A DNA stretch of 64,000 bases from Styela clava. Its lineage: Eukaryota. The translations under genes were made by a program, and so were the position numbers. This document shows, piece after piece, positions 25,784 through 39,879 of the stretch. The notes under the pieces are model-generated. The model made no database searches, was not told the origin of the DNA, and worked only from the letters and a program-made list of their open reading frames with translations. The stretch covers positions 11,532,001 to 11,596,000 of the forward strand of contig NC_135251.1 of the NCBI RefSeq assembly GCF_964204865.1, written 5' to 3'. How positions within the stretch are numbered: the first letter of the stretch is position 1; every line of letters starts with the position of its first letter.

Positions 25784-28700
25784 TTAGATGATCTTGGAAT
25801 CTCTATTCTTGTACTGATATTTCCTTGTGATGAATGGGATCCCATGTTTGTTGAGCATATGAATCCTCATGCTTTGTTTGATGCCATATGCACGGCCACA
25901 TACTTTACATTTATGGGGTTTCTGCTTGATGTGGAAAATGTTGATATGCCTCTTCATATTGTTATACTGTAAGAGGTAAAATACCATGAACATTTCAAAA
26001 TAGTAAACTATAAATTGAATAGAAAGTTATTTTTGAGTTATATATTGTCAATTTAAATGGATCTACTTTACAAAATACCCTGAAGTATAAGTCAAATTTT
26101 ACTTAGTAAATTGGCAAAAAAATTAATTGGTATAACGGCATTTTGAACATACGAATGTAATTTTGAAAGCATGGTCCATAAAGTATATTCAAGAAGGCAA
26201 TTGGCGGACAAGCTAACCACACACGATATAACATTGGTATAACAATTTGTTTTACAAGATAGTTCTAACATATTTAAAAAAAATCCAGTTCACCATCATA
26301 ATTATCGTCATAAATTCAACATACCGCTGTGAATAGTCTGTTACAGAACGGACATTTACAACATTTCCTTTTGTGTTGATCAAATGCTTCCATGGATGAG
26401 AACAAGTGATTGCAAGTCACACAAACATGAACATTATTATCAATATTTATATCTGAAATAGAATAAAAAAGGATTAGAAAAAGAATATTCAGAGTTAAAT
26501 ATGACAATCATCAATCATGTTTTTAAGTCATTTGTGTTTCTCTGTAATTTTTACCCAAATTGTATATTTTTATGATTTTCTAAACATGGGCCAACTCTCG
26601 TGCCATGATATATTTTCTCGATTCTGGCTTGCAAACACCTTTTCTTTTTACTACATGACAAGGAAACTCATTGTACACTCAAGATTTAAATTGAGTTTAT
26701 TCTCAAGTACAACGCTTAGTGAGATGGTACTTGAACATATGAGCTATGCCCAGACCCCAGAGGTAGGACACACGGTATGGCAAACTCATTCTTGGAATGA
26801 CCTGATAATCATTGAATTCGTTCTTGTTTTTTGTTTTAGACGTTAGACAACAGCAATTAGGTGCTGATGGATAATTAGTGCTGTATTTGACGTTTTTGAA
26901 AATGATGTGTTATTAGAGTGTCATGTTGCGACATGAGAGAACCGGTTCTTTAAATTTTGAATCTCACCACCGGATATGCCCCTCTCAATTAACTACATTT
27001 TGTCCAGTTTGCGTCATATGCAGTGTTATAGTGCTTTGATTTGTGCCAAAAGGTCGTAGAGGTAGATTGGCTTACTTGCATTGGCTGGAGTCGGAACATG
27101 GTTTGCACTGCTGGGATAATCATAACTGTGTGTGGTGGCGAGTGCAGGTTGTATGGGATGGTACCTGTTACCTATTGAAATGAATGAAAGATTTTATTAC
27201 AAACGTTAACATAGAATAAAAGTAGTGTGAAAATAACATGATGCAGATTTATGAATGTTAAGTCTGAGATGTTAGGGTTAGTATAGTAAACACAAAGCTC
27301 TATGTGAAAGAAAACACCTACATAGAGTATTACCTAACTGGAAAACTATACCATTCTAGTACAGATTTTATTGTCAACTGGATAATGTTTTATACAGATC
27401 AATATATTTTGAAACAGATTGAATTTGATAACGTAGTGAACTTAAGATGGCATCACATGATTTGTATTTGCTACATTTCTTCAAGTTGAAATAAGCTGTC
27501 AATTGTTAAAAAGATAATTTAAAATTGAAATTTTCTAAATTATTTCTAATATCAAGAATTTACTATTTAGAATTTATTTGAACATTTTATTCAATTTGGA
27601 AATCAAATGTTATGTTAAATAAGGAAATTCCCCCCATCTTGGTTTTTGGTTGGAAACTGGTTGAGGAGTAAATGTTGAAGATTCATGGCATCAGTTAAAG
27701 AAGCACAATTACGCCGACTATTCCTAACAATTTACATACCTTCCACTGTATTAGATAAATTTAGCAGATCAGCAAATGAGGAAATATCAACAGGATTCAA
27801 TCCTGATATGTCAGTATGCTCATCAGTTGTTTTCATCTAAGAATAGGAAACATTGATTCTAGGATTCAGTATCACAGAATAGGTTAGAATCAGCCACTGG
27901 TGTGTTAGGAGATTATTCATTTTAGAAGAACTTTCGGTTTGACATTGCCTAGCCAATTTTTGGCGCTCTAGAAGTGTGTGTACCAATATGGCGGTAAATA
28001 TTTTGTTCGCCCAATTCACATCAAGTTGTGTAAGGGACTGAATCCTTTGGGCAGGGGGTATATTCACTTGGCTAACACAGAGACAGACAGTCCCCAAACT
28101 CTCAATAAAACTAAAATAAGGAAAATCAGAATAAAATTATGGCCTAACCCTAACCTGACATACACACTACGGTCTACGGGAGTACCCAATTTTTTTACAA
28201 TCCAGATGGCATAGGATTTCCGTCGTTTCATCCTGCTATTTGCTGCAAAAGAGTATTTTACACAACTTACATTGGATACTGATCCACTTGAGCATTCGCC
28301 ATCTACCGGTGTACCAGGTGCACTATTTATGATTGTTGTCATAGTTTGTGTAGTTGGACACGATGACAAGTCAGATTGTGAAGATAGTTGGTCATCTGTG
28401 AGAGATTCAAAGAGTTTGACAATGTACTCATTTGGTGTTAAAAGTAATCAAAAACAAACAAATAAGATCAGATTTTCAGGCGTGGTCGTAAACATTATCT
28501 CGTTTTCACGTTCTTGAACTCTATTCGTTAGTTTTCAGTTGTGTTTCGGAAATTTGAATACAAATCAGATAATTCAATGATCACTCTGTCTTCCTAGGAG
28601 TTTTAATTCTAATTGCAGTAATAAAAAATTAGTGTAGAAATAGCTGTGATAGACTAGTCTAAAATTCTTTACCGGTACTTTTAAAAAACAGATTTTTGTA

Positions 28701-31700
28701 TGCGATAAATCATAATGATAGTTTGAAACACGAACCTCATTTTACAGGCGCCAACTCGCAAAACCACTCTTAAAATAAGGCCCGAAAATTTTGCAATGGT
28801 AAAGTATAAGAAGAATTTTTCGGGGGTCAAAGATCGGGGAAAGTCCATTATGAGCTGCTATTCCTGAATTGAAAACTTATTTGAATGTTGAATGAAATCA
28901 ATTTGAAATAGTCTGATTCGTTTTGTATCATTTTCTTAGATTGTGATTTAGAATTAGATTATGTAACCACACTCACTCATGAAAGGTGTCGTCATGGTAG
29001 CAGAGTCATCCTCACCATCCCCCTGAAGATTATAAAAAAGTGTTAAACGCTAATTCGGCCAAAAGGAAATATTGTACTATTTGAATTACACTCTTATTAG
29101 ATAATAAAATGTGAATATATATTTGCTATCTGAAACACTCTACGACAGTGAGGAGTACAGCAATCCCTTCGTACATAACTATCCCATGCAAGATTAAAAT
29201 TTATGAATCTCCGTAGGAATATCAGAGGTACAAAGGAAACTCTTGGCAAGAAGTGGCAGCGTGGAGGATTCCACTTACTTGGTCTGATAGGAAAGATTGT
29301 CGGATACTTTGTACTCTGCTGATAGTTGGCATGTCATCATCACTGTTTGTGCTTTGTTCATAGACAGGAGTAGAATGTGACAAATGAGAGAATGTTGAAG
29401 ATGATTGTGCGAATTTACTAATTGTTCCATCTATAGTACTTGGATCAAACGCTAAAATTAAATACAGATTTAAAAAAGTATAGAAAATAAAAAATTAACT
29501 TGATAAACGACAGAAACATGATAACAGGAAATAAAACCGAATCATACAAAGATATACCTTGGAATATTTTGTTACGATTGTTAGTTTAAACTGTGAATAA
29601 ACTGAAATCAAAAGAGTGAGAAAATACTTAATTCCAATATTAAGAGAAGTATTGTTGGAATCTGTACAAATTGCCTAACAAAATAGCATAACTGAGTTCC
29701 ACAAAATACACAGAGGAATTCCTGAGAATGCTAATGACATTTGAAGTTGAAATAAATGCTCATTTACTAAAATAAGATTGTCGCCAAATTTTTCAAATTG
29801 TCATGAAATATCAGTTGCCTTAAACATTTTTGATGGTTTGAATATTTAATTGAAATTTGCATAGTAATAATATTACCAGCACCGCCCAATGTATTCATAT
29901 ATACAGCAGAACTGTTCGATTCTCTTATCAATGACTGGCACTCCATTTACATGTAACTTTCATTTTGAGTGGTTCCTCTACACTTGTTCAGTAGTACAAC
30001 AAAGTTTTTTCACTAGATGCTTATTTATGTCTTTTGCTCTGCACAAGGCCCTTCAGGCAGCCACTGATATCTCACAACATGCGAAGAGTTAATTTTATTC
30101 AGATGAATTGCAATCTTTCCGGTTCTGCATTGCTTACTCAATTTATTGCACCCGGGGTGGGATGGGGCGCATTGAATTGAACCTAAGATGTGCAACCTGT
30201 AGTGTCAAGTCAACACAGTTCAAATCAGACATAATTTCAATATATTATAAATCCGAAACACCTTAGAGCAGGGGTTCCCAAGTTTTTTTCAGGACGACCC
30301 CAAAGACAACTTTCAAGTGTCCAGAGCGACCCTAGGTCAATATATATATATATATATATCATGAAACTTCAGAGCTTCTTTCCCTGGAATTGGTCATGTG
30401 GTGGTATTAAGTAAAATAAGCTAAAACCGAACAGTGATGTTACAATAAGCACCTACATTTTCTATAGCAGGGATGGCGAACCACTGACCCGCGGGTCACA
30501 AATTGACCCACCGCGTGTTATTCGTGACCCGCTAAGGCACGGATAAAATAAAAATAAAATGCTATCATATCAGTGATAAAAATTGATAAAACCGGCCTTA
30601 AAATATTCTAGCAATAACTATTATATCGCTCATATTCAATTTGTTGATTTCGGGCCGGTAAAGGTAATTTTCAAAATCCCTAAACTTGGACGCAGGTCTG
30701 CACCGCTCTGTATCGTTGTCCAGCTATTGGCTCTGACATCGTTTATGACATAACAATGCAATTGATGTCCATTTTTCGCAACGTCTTATCTCTTTCGGAA
30801 GTGCATCTCCAGACTGATTTAGGGGTTATACAAATAATAATACGAAGCTATATGCTTCTCTGCATTTTATCGTCTACGATGTCGTTGAGAAAACAAAATC
30901 ATTCAGGCTTAAAATAAAAATTTAGAAATCTGAAATAACAATGGGGCAGTGTAAAAGTGCCTTAATGTGGTTAAAAGCTGATCAAAAAATATAACATTAT
31001 CAGAGTGGAATTCCTATAGCAATTAACCCCCAAATGTATTTACTATATTCCCTCTAAATTCTATTGGACCGTAAAATAATTTGCCGTTATCAACCTAAAC
31101 GTTTTTAGTAACTCAGATGCGTGTTTTCGTACTCTAATTTCATAAAATCGAATGGCATAAAAAGTGATAGAAGTGCTGCATAAGTGAAGCCCAAAACTAC
31201 ACCGACAGAAGCTTATAAGATTTGTTTCAGAAGTTTTTATAGATACAAACATTGAATAAATATCTGTGACCCACTCTCTTATGTTCCGCGATAAAAATGT
31301 GATTTTTGACCCATTCATTGAAAAAGGTTCGCCATCCCTGTTCTATAGCATAAGCATAGAGCGATGCCTATGGGCCTGTTTTACAGCAAGGTAAAAACTG
31401 CTAAATTTAACATGGTTTGTCAAATCTTAGATGTTTTGTACATCCATCCTCTACCATACCTCAGCGACCCCACCGACCCCATGAACTGTTTGCGACCCTA
31501 CCTACTTTTCACTCCGACCCAATTTGGGGTCGCGACCCTAGTTTGGGAACCCCTGCCTTAGAGCATTGATTTGAACAAGTAAGATGGTGCGGTACCTACA
31601 TGTCGACATATCAAGGTTTGCTATGGTTGGAAACAGTGTTACTGTGGTCGGTATATTCAATGATATAACGTCTTCTACACTTGTTGATACCAATGATGAC

Positions 31701-34700
31701 TGATGTGGAAAACCATTACTGAGCGACACTTCAGCATTACTGTAAACAAATGATAATAAAACTACCGAGTATATCCATGGAAAATCAGATAGATTAGTAG
31801 TATATTCTTCTTTTATCAACTTCTAATTAGCCAACTTAATTAACTGTGATCTCTCATGAATAAACTCATGATTATCAATGGGATGTTTTGCTGACCAGAC
31901 AGAATTTGAAGCTTCAAAATGTTTTGCTAAGTCCTAGCTTTTTCACTCATGTGTAAGTGCAACAATCTTTAGACATTACATTAAGTATGAGAATTGAATC
32001 GAAAAGAATTCTTATATTAAATCATCAGAAATAAAAATAATTATAGTTGGAATGCACAACTGGTAACAAGAAAATTGTTCGCTTCTTAGTAGCACACGTT
32101 GAACAATGAATAAGCCCGGTACCAACCACTACTTATCGTGTTTCCCCGAAAATAAGACGAGTCTTGTTCAAATTTGATTGAAAAAATACTACTAGGGCTT
32201 ATTTATGGGCGCTTTTTTCATTTTCATTTATCAAAATGAAAAATTACAAATTAGAGAATTACGAGATTTTCAAATATACAAATATTACAAAATATGAAAA
32301 CTGATATCCATTTACTTATAAATAACACATTTTAATTAGAAAAACTACTAAAAATAGATTATTCAAAAATGACCATATCATCACCCTCTGGAATGTCTTG
32401 CAGGTCACTAGATTAATAAATTTCAAAAGAGATTTCATTTACCGGTAACTGATTGACTAGGTCTTATTTTAAGGGGAGGGTTCATATTAAAATCATTTTT
32501 AAAATGCAGGCTAGGTCTTGTTTTCCAGGAAACACGGTACTACCTAATACAAGTACATAACAGGAAAAACATCGTACCTTATTGGTACTTTTTGGTTGCT
32601 GTGTATATTGGCATATTGTTGCATTTCGAGAGAAGATAAGTCGAGCAAATGATTCGAATTTGCATGATGATTATAAGAAGATAATGGCTGTGTTAGTTGT
32701 TCTGTTGTATTTATAGTGTTCGGAGTATCTCGATGCAATGTTGGTAATTTCATACAATCTGATGTTGTTAGGTGGTAGCGAAGTGATTGCTTGATAGCAT
32801 ATCTGAAATAAAACACAACACTATTAGAAATACGGGGTAGGATAAGATGTGTTGCACCACAAATACCATACGAGTCAGTTACTTATTAACTGATATTAGA
32901 TGGAAATACTGATAGATACCGTCCAAGGCGTCCATTATGTCAATCAAATTCCTTATGCTGTAGATATCTAATAAACAGCAGATTATGAAATATAGACAGA
33001 AGATTGGCAACATTATGATTGCAGTATTATGATATCTACACCATTGGTGATATTCTAATGATTAAATTTGTAAAGAATTTGTTTATAGAGATTAAAGAAA
33101 ACAAGATGGCAGATATTATTGGAAAAGTAATTTGTCTACCGATTACCGATTTGGCATTAATACAGACAGCTATGTGAAAATTTTACCAAATTTGGGGTGT
33201 TTCATAGAGTTCAATGTAGAATATTTTATACAGAAGACAGCAATACTCGAATATTCGGTTTTGAACACCCCTGGATTTAAACTTACGTTTTATTACACTT
33301 TGGACAGGAATACCGATGACCAGTTGTGTGTTTGATTAAAATATGACGCTGCAGGTTGGCTTTTTTGCTGAACGGTTTCTCACAGTGAGAACAAGTGTAA
33401 ACTTTCCTAGGTCGAACCTAACATATTGAATATAAAAGAACATGAATGCAAATGTATCACATAAGTCAGTGGTTCCCAAATGGTGCAGCGAGTTGCCAAT
33501 GCCTGCCACAAAATCTAACAGAATTGATTTTTTTCACATTTCAATAGCAAATCAGGCAGAGATGGGGAAGAGAAACCTTCTCACTTTACTCTGTAGGCAT
33601 ACAGTACAAATCAATAATCCTAAAATTGAGTTTTATTTAAAAGTAGCATTTTTTATTAAGCGCGCTTTGACCCTGATAATTAAGCGAGGCACGAGCAAAA
33701 CATTTGGGAACCGCTGACATGGATAATTTATTACTGATGTACCTAAGTAAAAAGAGACACAAGATTGGCAGAAAGATACAGCTCAGTGAGCAAGCCAAAC
33801 AGTTTAATCGAGAACAGACTCTGGTATTATTGTCTCATCTCCTTTTATGAAGGTGATGAATATTTTTGCCAGCATGGATAGGTTGCTGTTCGGATCAATA
33901 ATTGTGCCGAATTTGATTTTACAGTATATCAATTTTTGTTTTTTGCTCTTCTTTGTGAATTCTATAGCCCTAACGGAAGTAATTTTAGACAGTTAAGTAG
34001 AATCATTACAGACCTATTTTTAAAATTGGGATAGAGGAAAGAAATAGTACTTATATATTTATGTCGGTTGAATAGATAGGAGACTATAGGGATTAATTTT
34101 GTCGGAAGTTATGGCCTCTGTTTTAATGGATGTGCTGATTGATTAGCAAAGATATATGTACTGGGATTTTAAAATAAGGTGGAAGAACTGTACCATGGAA
34201 AAAATTCTATATTAAAAACCTCTCGCGCAACAAAACCGGTAGTTTCACACCTGTGAGTGTGGACCCACACAGGGTAGGGGTGTGATAGTATGCATGTTCC
34301 CATATTCCTAAGATGCTTATCATGATGTACCAATCAATCAAGGAATGATTCGATAATTTTGTATCAGAACGTCATAGAATATATTAATGAAAAATTACAC
34401 CAATCCAAAGTAGACACTATCCCAAGTATTTCATACACAAACCTTCACATTAAAATTTTGGGCGTTTGAATTATGACTGAAGCATGGTTGAGTTGCACTG
34501 GAAGAACTTGTTGCATTTGTAACTAATCCTGTTGGTTTCTTTCCTTTTGTATGTGTTGCAATAGAATACACAGACCTGACCTGTCAAAACAACAATATCT
34601 TAATTAGTTTCGGGTCTTTTTATGTAGGAAATGCTTTAATTGTTGATATTGGTATGGGAAATTGAAACTACTATTTCACACCTTGATAGAGAAATAACAG

Positions 34701-37657
34701 AGAAATTAAGGTTAATTCTATAGAGATAAACACAAGGAACAACATTCCCTGAATTTGAACTCACAATAAAATATTTTTTTATTAAGTTGACACGTTGATG
34801 ACGAGCATCTTTTGAAAGTTTGAATCAAACATGTTCATTCTAAACATTGTTAATATCAATGTCCTAGGCAATCCGGATAAAAACTTACTTGGAGTGGCTC
34901 TGCCATAGAATGAAGTTCATTTCTGCAATTGGTTGGTGATTGTACAATACAGCTAAAAAAGTAAATTCATGTATAGTAAGCAATGTTAAAAAAAAAAACT
35001 TCAAAATCATGAAAATCAATGAGGTAGTTCATTTTATGTCAGCACAGAAAAAAATTATTCTAGAAATTAGTGACTTACTATTGTCATGCCAAATTGTAAG
35101 CCAGATTAACAATAGATGTAAGTAAGTAAATTGACTATAATCACAGCAATGTACATTTTACAAATACCTACTGCTACAGTCATAACTAATCCATACCTAG
35201 ATGACGTAACTCTTGATCTCATCGGCCATCCATTAGAATGAGTGTCTGGAAGCTTCTCAAATCCAAGATGATGTGACTTACCAGTGACATGTTGCCGATA
35301 ATTGCCTGAAAATAAGACAGACATTAGAGTTATTAGGAGATTTAAAATATAGCAAAAATAGAAATAGTAAAAAAAAAGAGAACCAAAACCTCTCATTTGC
35401 TCTTTATTTGTTTTAAACATTAACAATATTTTGTTTCTCCAGTTTTCCTCGCTCAAGCAATGTCACACGCACTCAGAAGCAAAAAAAACACATTTCGGAA
35501 CAAAGTCATGAGCGAAATCCTACACCGGTTATTGTGAGACATTGGTTATTGTGACGAATCAATTCTAGACAATATGACATATATGGAATTGAGAACTCCA
35601 AAGAGGGAGCGCACTGACAGTAAGTAACGAATCTCGGAGGAAGCAGATTGGATAGCATAATCAGCAGAATGCAAATTATCTGCTTGAATTTCGAAAGTTT
35701 GCATTCCCATCCAGTAACTGGAGCACTTTATACATGCAATCTAACTATGAAGACTAGGTTAAGAAGATCTTATTAAATAAAAATTCAAGAGTGAATGCAA
35801 CCGCACAATTTTCACAAAAAAAATCATAATTAATAAGAATGGAACAAAATAGAAAGGGCAAAAACTGATTAGCACACCAACCATTCTGTCATGCGGTAAT
35901 TAATACAAATAGGACAAATAACTACGATAGTTCCAGTATTTCAACGATCAAAGCATGCAATAACTACCATTGGAAACGTCAGAGTCCTTTTCCAAGTTCT
36001 GACCAGAATCTTGTGTTATTTCACCAGTAACGCTATTCTCATCAGCACAATCATTCAAATCCACATACAGAATTTTATTGGTTGCTTGATTGTCTGCCTC
36101 AACCTCTGCATTGTTTTGTGGCTTTTCGGCATCAATTAATGTTGGTAATATGGTTTCATCTTCTATCACTTTTGTGCATAGCTTTAAAATAATATGTTTG
36201 TCATTAAGCAATGTTCTATCATCAGATTGGCACAATGTCACAAAGTAGGAAAACCAATCTTCTACTACATAATACAAAAAGCAAAAAAACAATTAGAACT
36301 TTTGAAAAATCGCAAATTTACTTGCAATTCTAATTATTTCATCAATGGATTAAATTTAATAGCTATTAGAAGACAAAATAGTGTGAAAGTGTGCAAAGGT
36401 TTTCATTACACTCAGTATGGTTGGGCAACTGCTGAGCCAGACTTAGTCATATTAACATATATCCACTTACTTCAACAATACCAGAAATTTGTAATTTTCT
36501 TGAAGTCCTAAGAATATCGTTAAAATTCTCTTTGACTACGTGAAGGTTAGATGTGTAGATGAAGTTGAGAATGACCAGAAAAGTACTTTTCTTTACTGAT
36601 GACAGAATTATTTCCTTGACATTGCATGCCTGAAAAATTGGTCCTTATTAAAGAGTAAGTAAGGATTAGAAAGAAAAAAGCTCAAAGCTTTTTGAGCGAG
36701 AAAATGAATTTGATAAAAATGTAAAAAGTTACTTAAACTGTCATTAAAGATTCAATCCATCCTAAAATATCTCCTAGGCTCCTATCTAGGAGTTGGAAAC
36801 AACTTATATTAAATTTATCGATCAGTTTACCTTTGATTTAGCTTCATCCTCATGTTGTCCATTTTCAAATAAAGTGTGAAAATACGAGCTGAATGAGGCA
36901 AGTACAGCTTTGTGTGCTGGAAATCTTTCATTCTCTATCACAAGCCAAACATCACATAAATTCCCGTATTTTTGTTGCTGGTGCAATGCCTGGAAAAAGG
37001 AAATGATAAAATAGTTAGTGTGTGCTTATTACAAGAGCTACATTATAAATAAGATTAAGATTTTTGGTAACAATCAAAAAGAATGAAAATATATAAAACA
37101 TGCAGCCAACAGGTGAAAGCTTGATCTCGTAAAGATATCGTGAAGTAATCGAAGATTCAAATTTATTTTAATTTTTTATGTCAAATTTGTTTATTCTTTA
37201 TTCAGGAAGTTTTATTTGAAAAATGAACAATTTGATCAAGATAGTCTCTCTGTATCACAGAAAAATCGTTCATTTCATTTTTGAAAATGGGAAAAAATGA
37301 CCAAACAAATCCCAGATTATTTAAGTTTTCATAAATTTTTTAAAATCAAACACATTCAATATACTGATATATTGACTTCTATATGTTCTTCGTTGAACAA
37401 GTCTTCAATCAAATTTATATTCGCTATTTAAAATATTACTTCAGAATGCATATGGAGAAGTAGATTGGCCAAAGATTATCCAAACTCGGCCATATACTTG
37501 TAGATATTGCAATTAAAAATCTTGTACATTATTCTGTTACAAATATGTAGCCAATATTTACAGAAAGAAGTGCTCGATCATGATCTTTTGCCACGAGTGG
37601 AGCGCTTTGCAAATATATATTGTCAATTGCCGAACATTCCTCATTCAAATTGGACAT
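25784..37657 (-). CDS. BTB/POZ and C2H2 zinc-finger protein (ZBTB family), ~760-780 aa, ~18 exons
   Basis: Exons 37562-37657, 36831-36989, 36471-36629, 35968-36181, 35197-35305, 34889-34952, 34443-34580, 33287-33417, 32578-32802, 31596-31739, 30138-30196 (uncertain), 29279-29451, 28977-29022, 28271-28395, 27740-27836, 27076-27171, 26325-26452, 25784-25966 are phase-consistent. BTB: HDRALLSALHQQQKYGNLCDVWLVIENERFPAHKAVLASFSSYFHTLF...FLVILNFIYTS. Fingers: YTCSHCEKPFSKKANLQRHILIKH, YSCPKCNKTYAIKQSLRYHLTTSDC, CVTCNHLF..FDQHKRKC, CPFCNRLFTAYNNMKRHINIFH, HKCKVCGRAYGIKQSMRIHMLNKH. Low-complexity linker exons are less certain. Confidence 0.82.
30269..31555. mobile_element. hAT (Charlie-like) MITE, 8-bp TSD ccttagag, outer element of a nest
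   Basis: caggggttcccaa / ttgggaacccctg; TSD at 30261-30268 and 31556-31563. Confidence 0.88.
30468..31340. mobile_element. hAT MITE nested inside 30269-31555, 8-bp TSD ttctatag
   Basis: cagggatggcgaacc / ggttcgccatccctg; TSD at 30460-30467 and 31341-31348. Confidence 0.9.
32136..32537. mobile_element. pogo/Tigger-like MITE with TA TSD
   Basis: ta|tcgtgtttccccgaaaataagac ... gtcttgttttccaggaaacacgg|ta. Confidence 0.75.
33467..33716. mobile_element. hAT-type MITE
   Basis: cagtggttcccaaa / tttgggaaccgctg with a partial TSD (acataagt / acatggat). Confidence 0.6.
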
Positions 37658-39009
37658 TTTCTACCACTGAGCAAACTTTTCAAACTACATTCTGTATATT
37701 CAGATATTATAAAATAAGTTTATTTCAACTCCATAATCAGCAATAATTTTTAATAATTTTGTAATAATTCCCAAACAAGAGTGAACAGTATTTAATTTAA
37801 CAGTATAAGGACAAAAAATGATTTCGCCAAGTTGATTATAATTGGAGTCAAGTGCCAAATTCAGAAATTGCGCAACCAAAGTTGAGTGCATGAAGAGGTG
37901 GGCTGAACCTTTTCATTCACCAAAGACATGTCAAAATATGGCCAAATTGTAGTACAGATTACATTAATTCAGTAATAATTAAATATTCTGATATTACTCG
38001 GGCCGGAAAGATTCGGAATAGCCTAATTTGATTTTTTGTAAATAAATTCAATTTTTCATAGTTAATCATTTTCGAACATATGTTATTATTCATAATAGTT
38101 CTCCATCCAATATTAGTCTATATTAAAATTCTTGCTCCCGACTCTGAAGAACTTCGATTATTTCAAAGACGTACCGGTATGTTAACAAAATTGCAAATAT
38201 TGCCAATATAACCTCATAATGTTTGAATATAAGACTTTTCAAATATTCAATATTTCCATATCATTTCATTATAATAAGTTGCAGCAATACTTTCAAATCA
38301 AAAACTAAATATAAATCCTGCGATAGCGTGATGTCCCAATGTATTAGTTTTCGTAGAAAGTACATTTTGTTTGACCCGAAAACACTTTATGAAATTCGGG
38401 AATATAAGTTTGATATTTGGCTGGCATGACAGTGTCCCTGGGCCTGCACCCTGTGTACGCTTATGAAACAGACTTGAAAAAAAAAAGTTCTAATCGAAAT
38501 ATTGCATATCCAGATCATCATAACAGTACGGCAAACTGCAGGTACCGGTACATCGTACTTGGTGCTTTTTAGATACGTTTGTGACTAAATTGACGAATGC
38601 GCGATGTACTAACATAACCTCTATTTTTTTTTTGCGAAATACCGCAGGACCGAATTAAAAATAGGTGCAATTCCTAAATATGCAATAACGAGGTGCAAAA
38701 GGCCATTTTGCAAATTATTGAACTCACATAAATTAATTTACGATTGTACGGAGAATTGCGAGAAGCAGAAAACAAGTTAACCATGTTGATAAAATTGTAG
38801 AAATGCCAATACAGCCAGAAGAGAAACAACAGCTAAGAAAGAGGAAGCGCGAGTACCAAATCTGCAGATAAGAAAGAGTAAGTTGCTTTATGTTAAAAAA
38901 TGGACACACGTCAGGGTTCTAATTATTTAGTTAGGATTCTTGGGAGTTGTGCGCACTCGCTTGTTGCATGGTTTACACAAATCGCAAGATTAGAGGAACG
39001 TTTTAACAG

Positions 39010-39141
39010 GGATGGCGCGATAATTCAAGAATAATTTGCCCCATACTGACGTCAGATGGAATTCCTGTAATATGCAGCTATATCGCATGGATTGGGCGGT
39101 CAGATCGAGTTTTATAAGAGGACTTGCACGGGTCACGTGAC
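39010..39141. promoter_or_regulatory. Promoter-like motif cluster upstream of the ZBTB gene
   Basis: gatggcg (YY1-like), palindromic ctgacgtcag (CRE, 39046-39055), attgg+gggcgg (CCAAT/GC box, 39091-39099) and gtcacgtgac (E-box/CLEAR, 39132-39141) in a CpG-richer patch. Confidence 0.45.
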
Positions 39142-39509
39142 TTTGTTTACTGGACGGCAAAAAAAACAAAAACGTCCATTTGGCTGCTGTCAGTTGCAAG
39201 TCGGATTATACGTTTCCGTTTTGTTTGACTGTTGAAAATGATTATTTCGTATTGTTCCGTTGTATGTACGTGTAGTATATAGACAACGAAATGGATTTTC
39301 ACTTATATTCCACTGTTTTCAAAAGATCCGGAACGTCGCGCAATGTGGATACCATCTATTGGCAGGACTGCTTGGTGTCAAGTCCAAAAGTCATCTCGCT
39401 TGTGTTTCACTGTTTGCGGACAGAACTTCGTTGATGGTGATTAATAATGTGTCGTTATCAATTTCTTTAAATATTCATAAGCTTCCTCATTTCAATCAAT
39501 GAGCATATA

Positions 39510-39720
39510 TTACCATTCTATGTCGGGATTAGTTAGCCAGTTATTTGTTTCCAGAAGCATGGGCTTGATGGTGGGGGATGTCGTAATCGACCAACGGTCG
39601 TGTGAACCATACTGAGTGGGAGGAGAGCTGCAATCCTCTCGCACATTACTATCCCCGCCTGGGATTGGAACCTGTGAAACTACCAGGGGGATCAGAGATG
39701 CGATGGCGAGCGTATTCCAA
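39510..39720 (-). mobile_element. Diverged tRNA-derived SINE copy
   Basis: Reverse complement ggaatacgctcgccatcgcatctct...ggttccaatccc...tgtgcgagaggattgc... aligns to 39880-40233. Confidence 0.75.
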
Positions 39721-39879
39721 GATGGCGAATTCAATTGAATTCTGATTATTTTTTGCATGAGCACTAGCGTTAAACTTTAGGTATCTATTCAACTTTTCAC
39801 ACTTACTAATAGTTTACCTGCTAACTAGGGAAACAATACCTCATGGCAATTGATGATTAATTCCTTACACAAGTCAAGT

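Noticed and set aside
38213-38260. Alternative first coding exon for the ZBTB gene
   Set aside because: In-frame stop and no ATG. Exon 37562-37657 gives the canonical BTB start instead.
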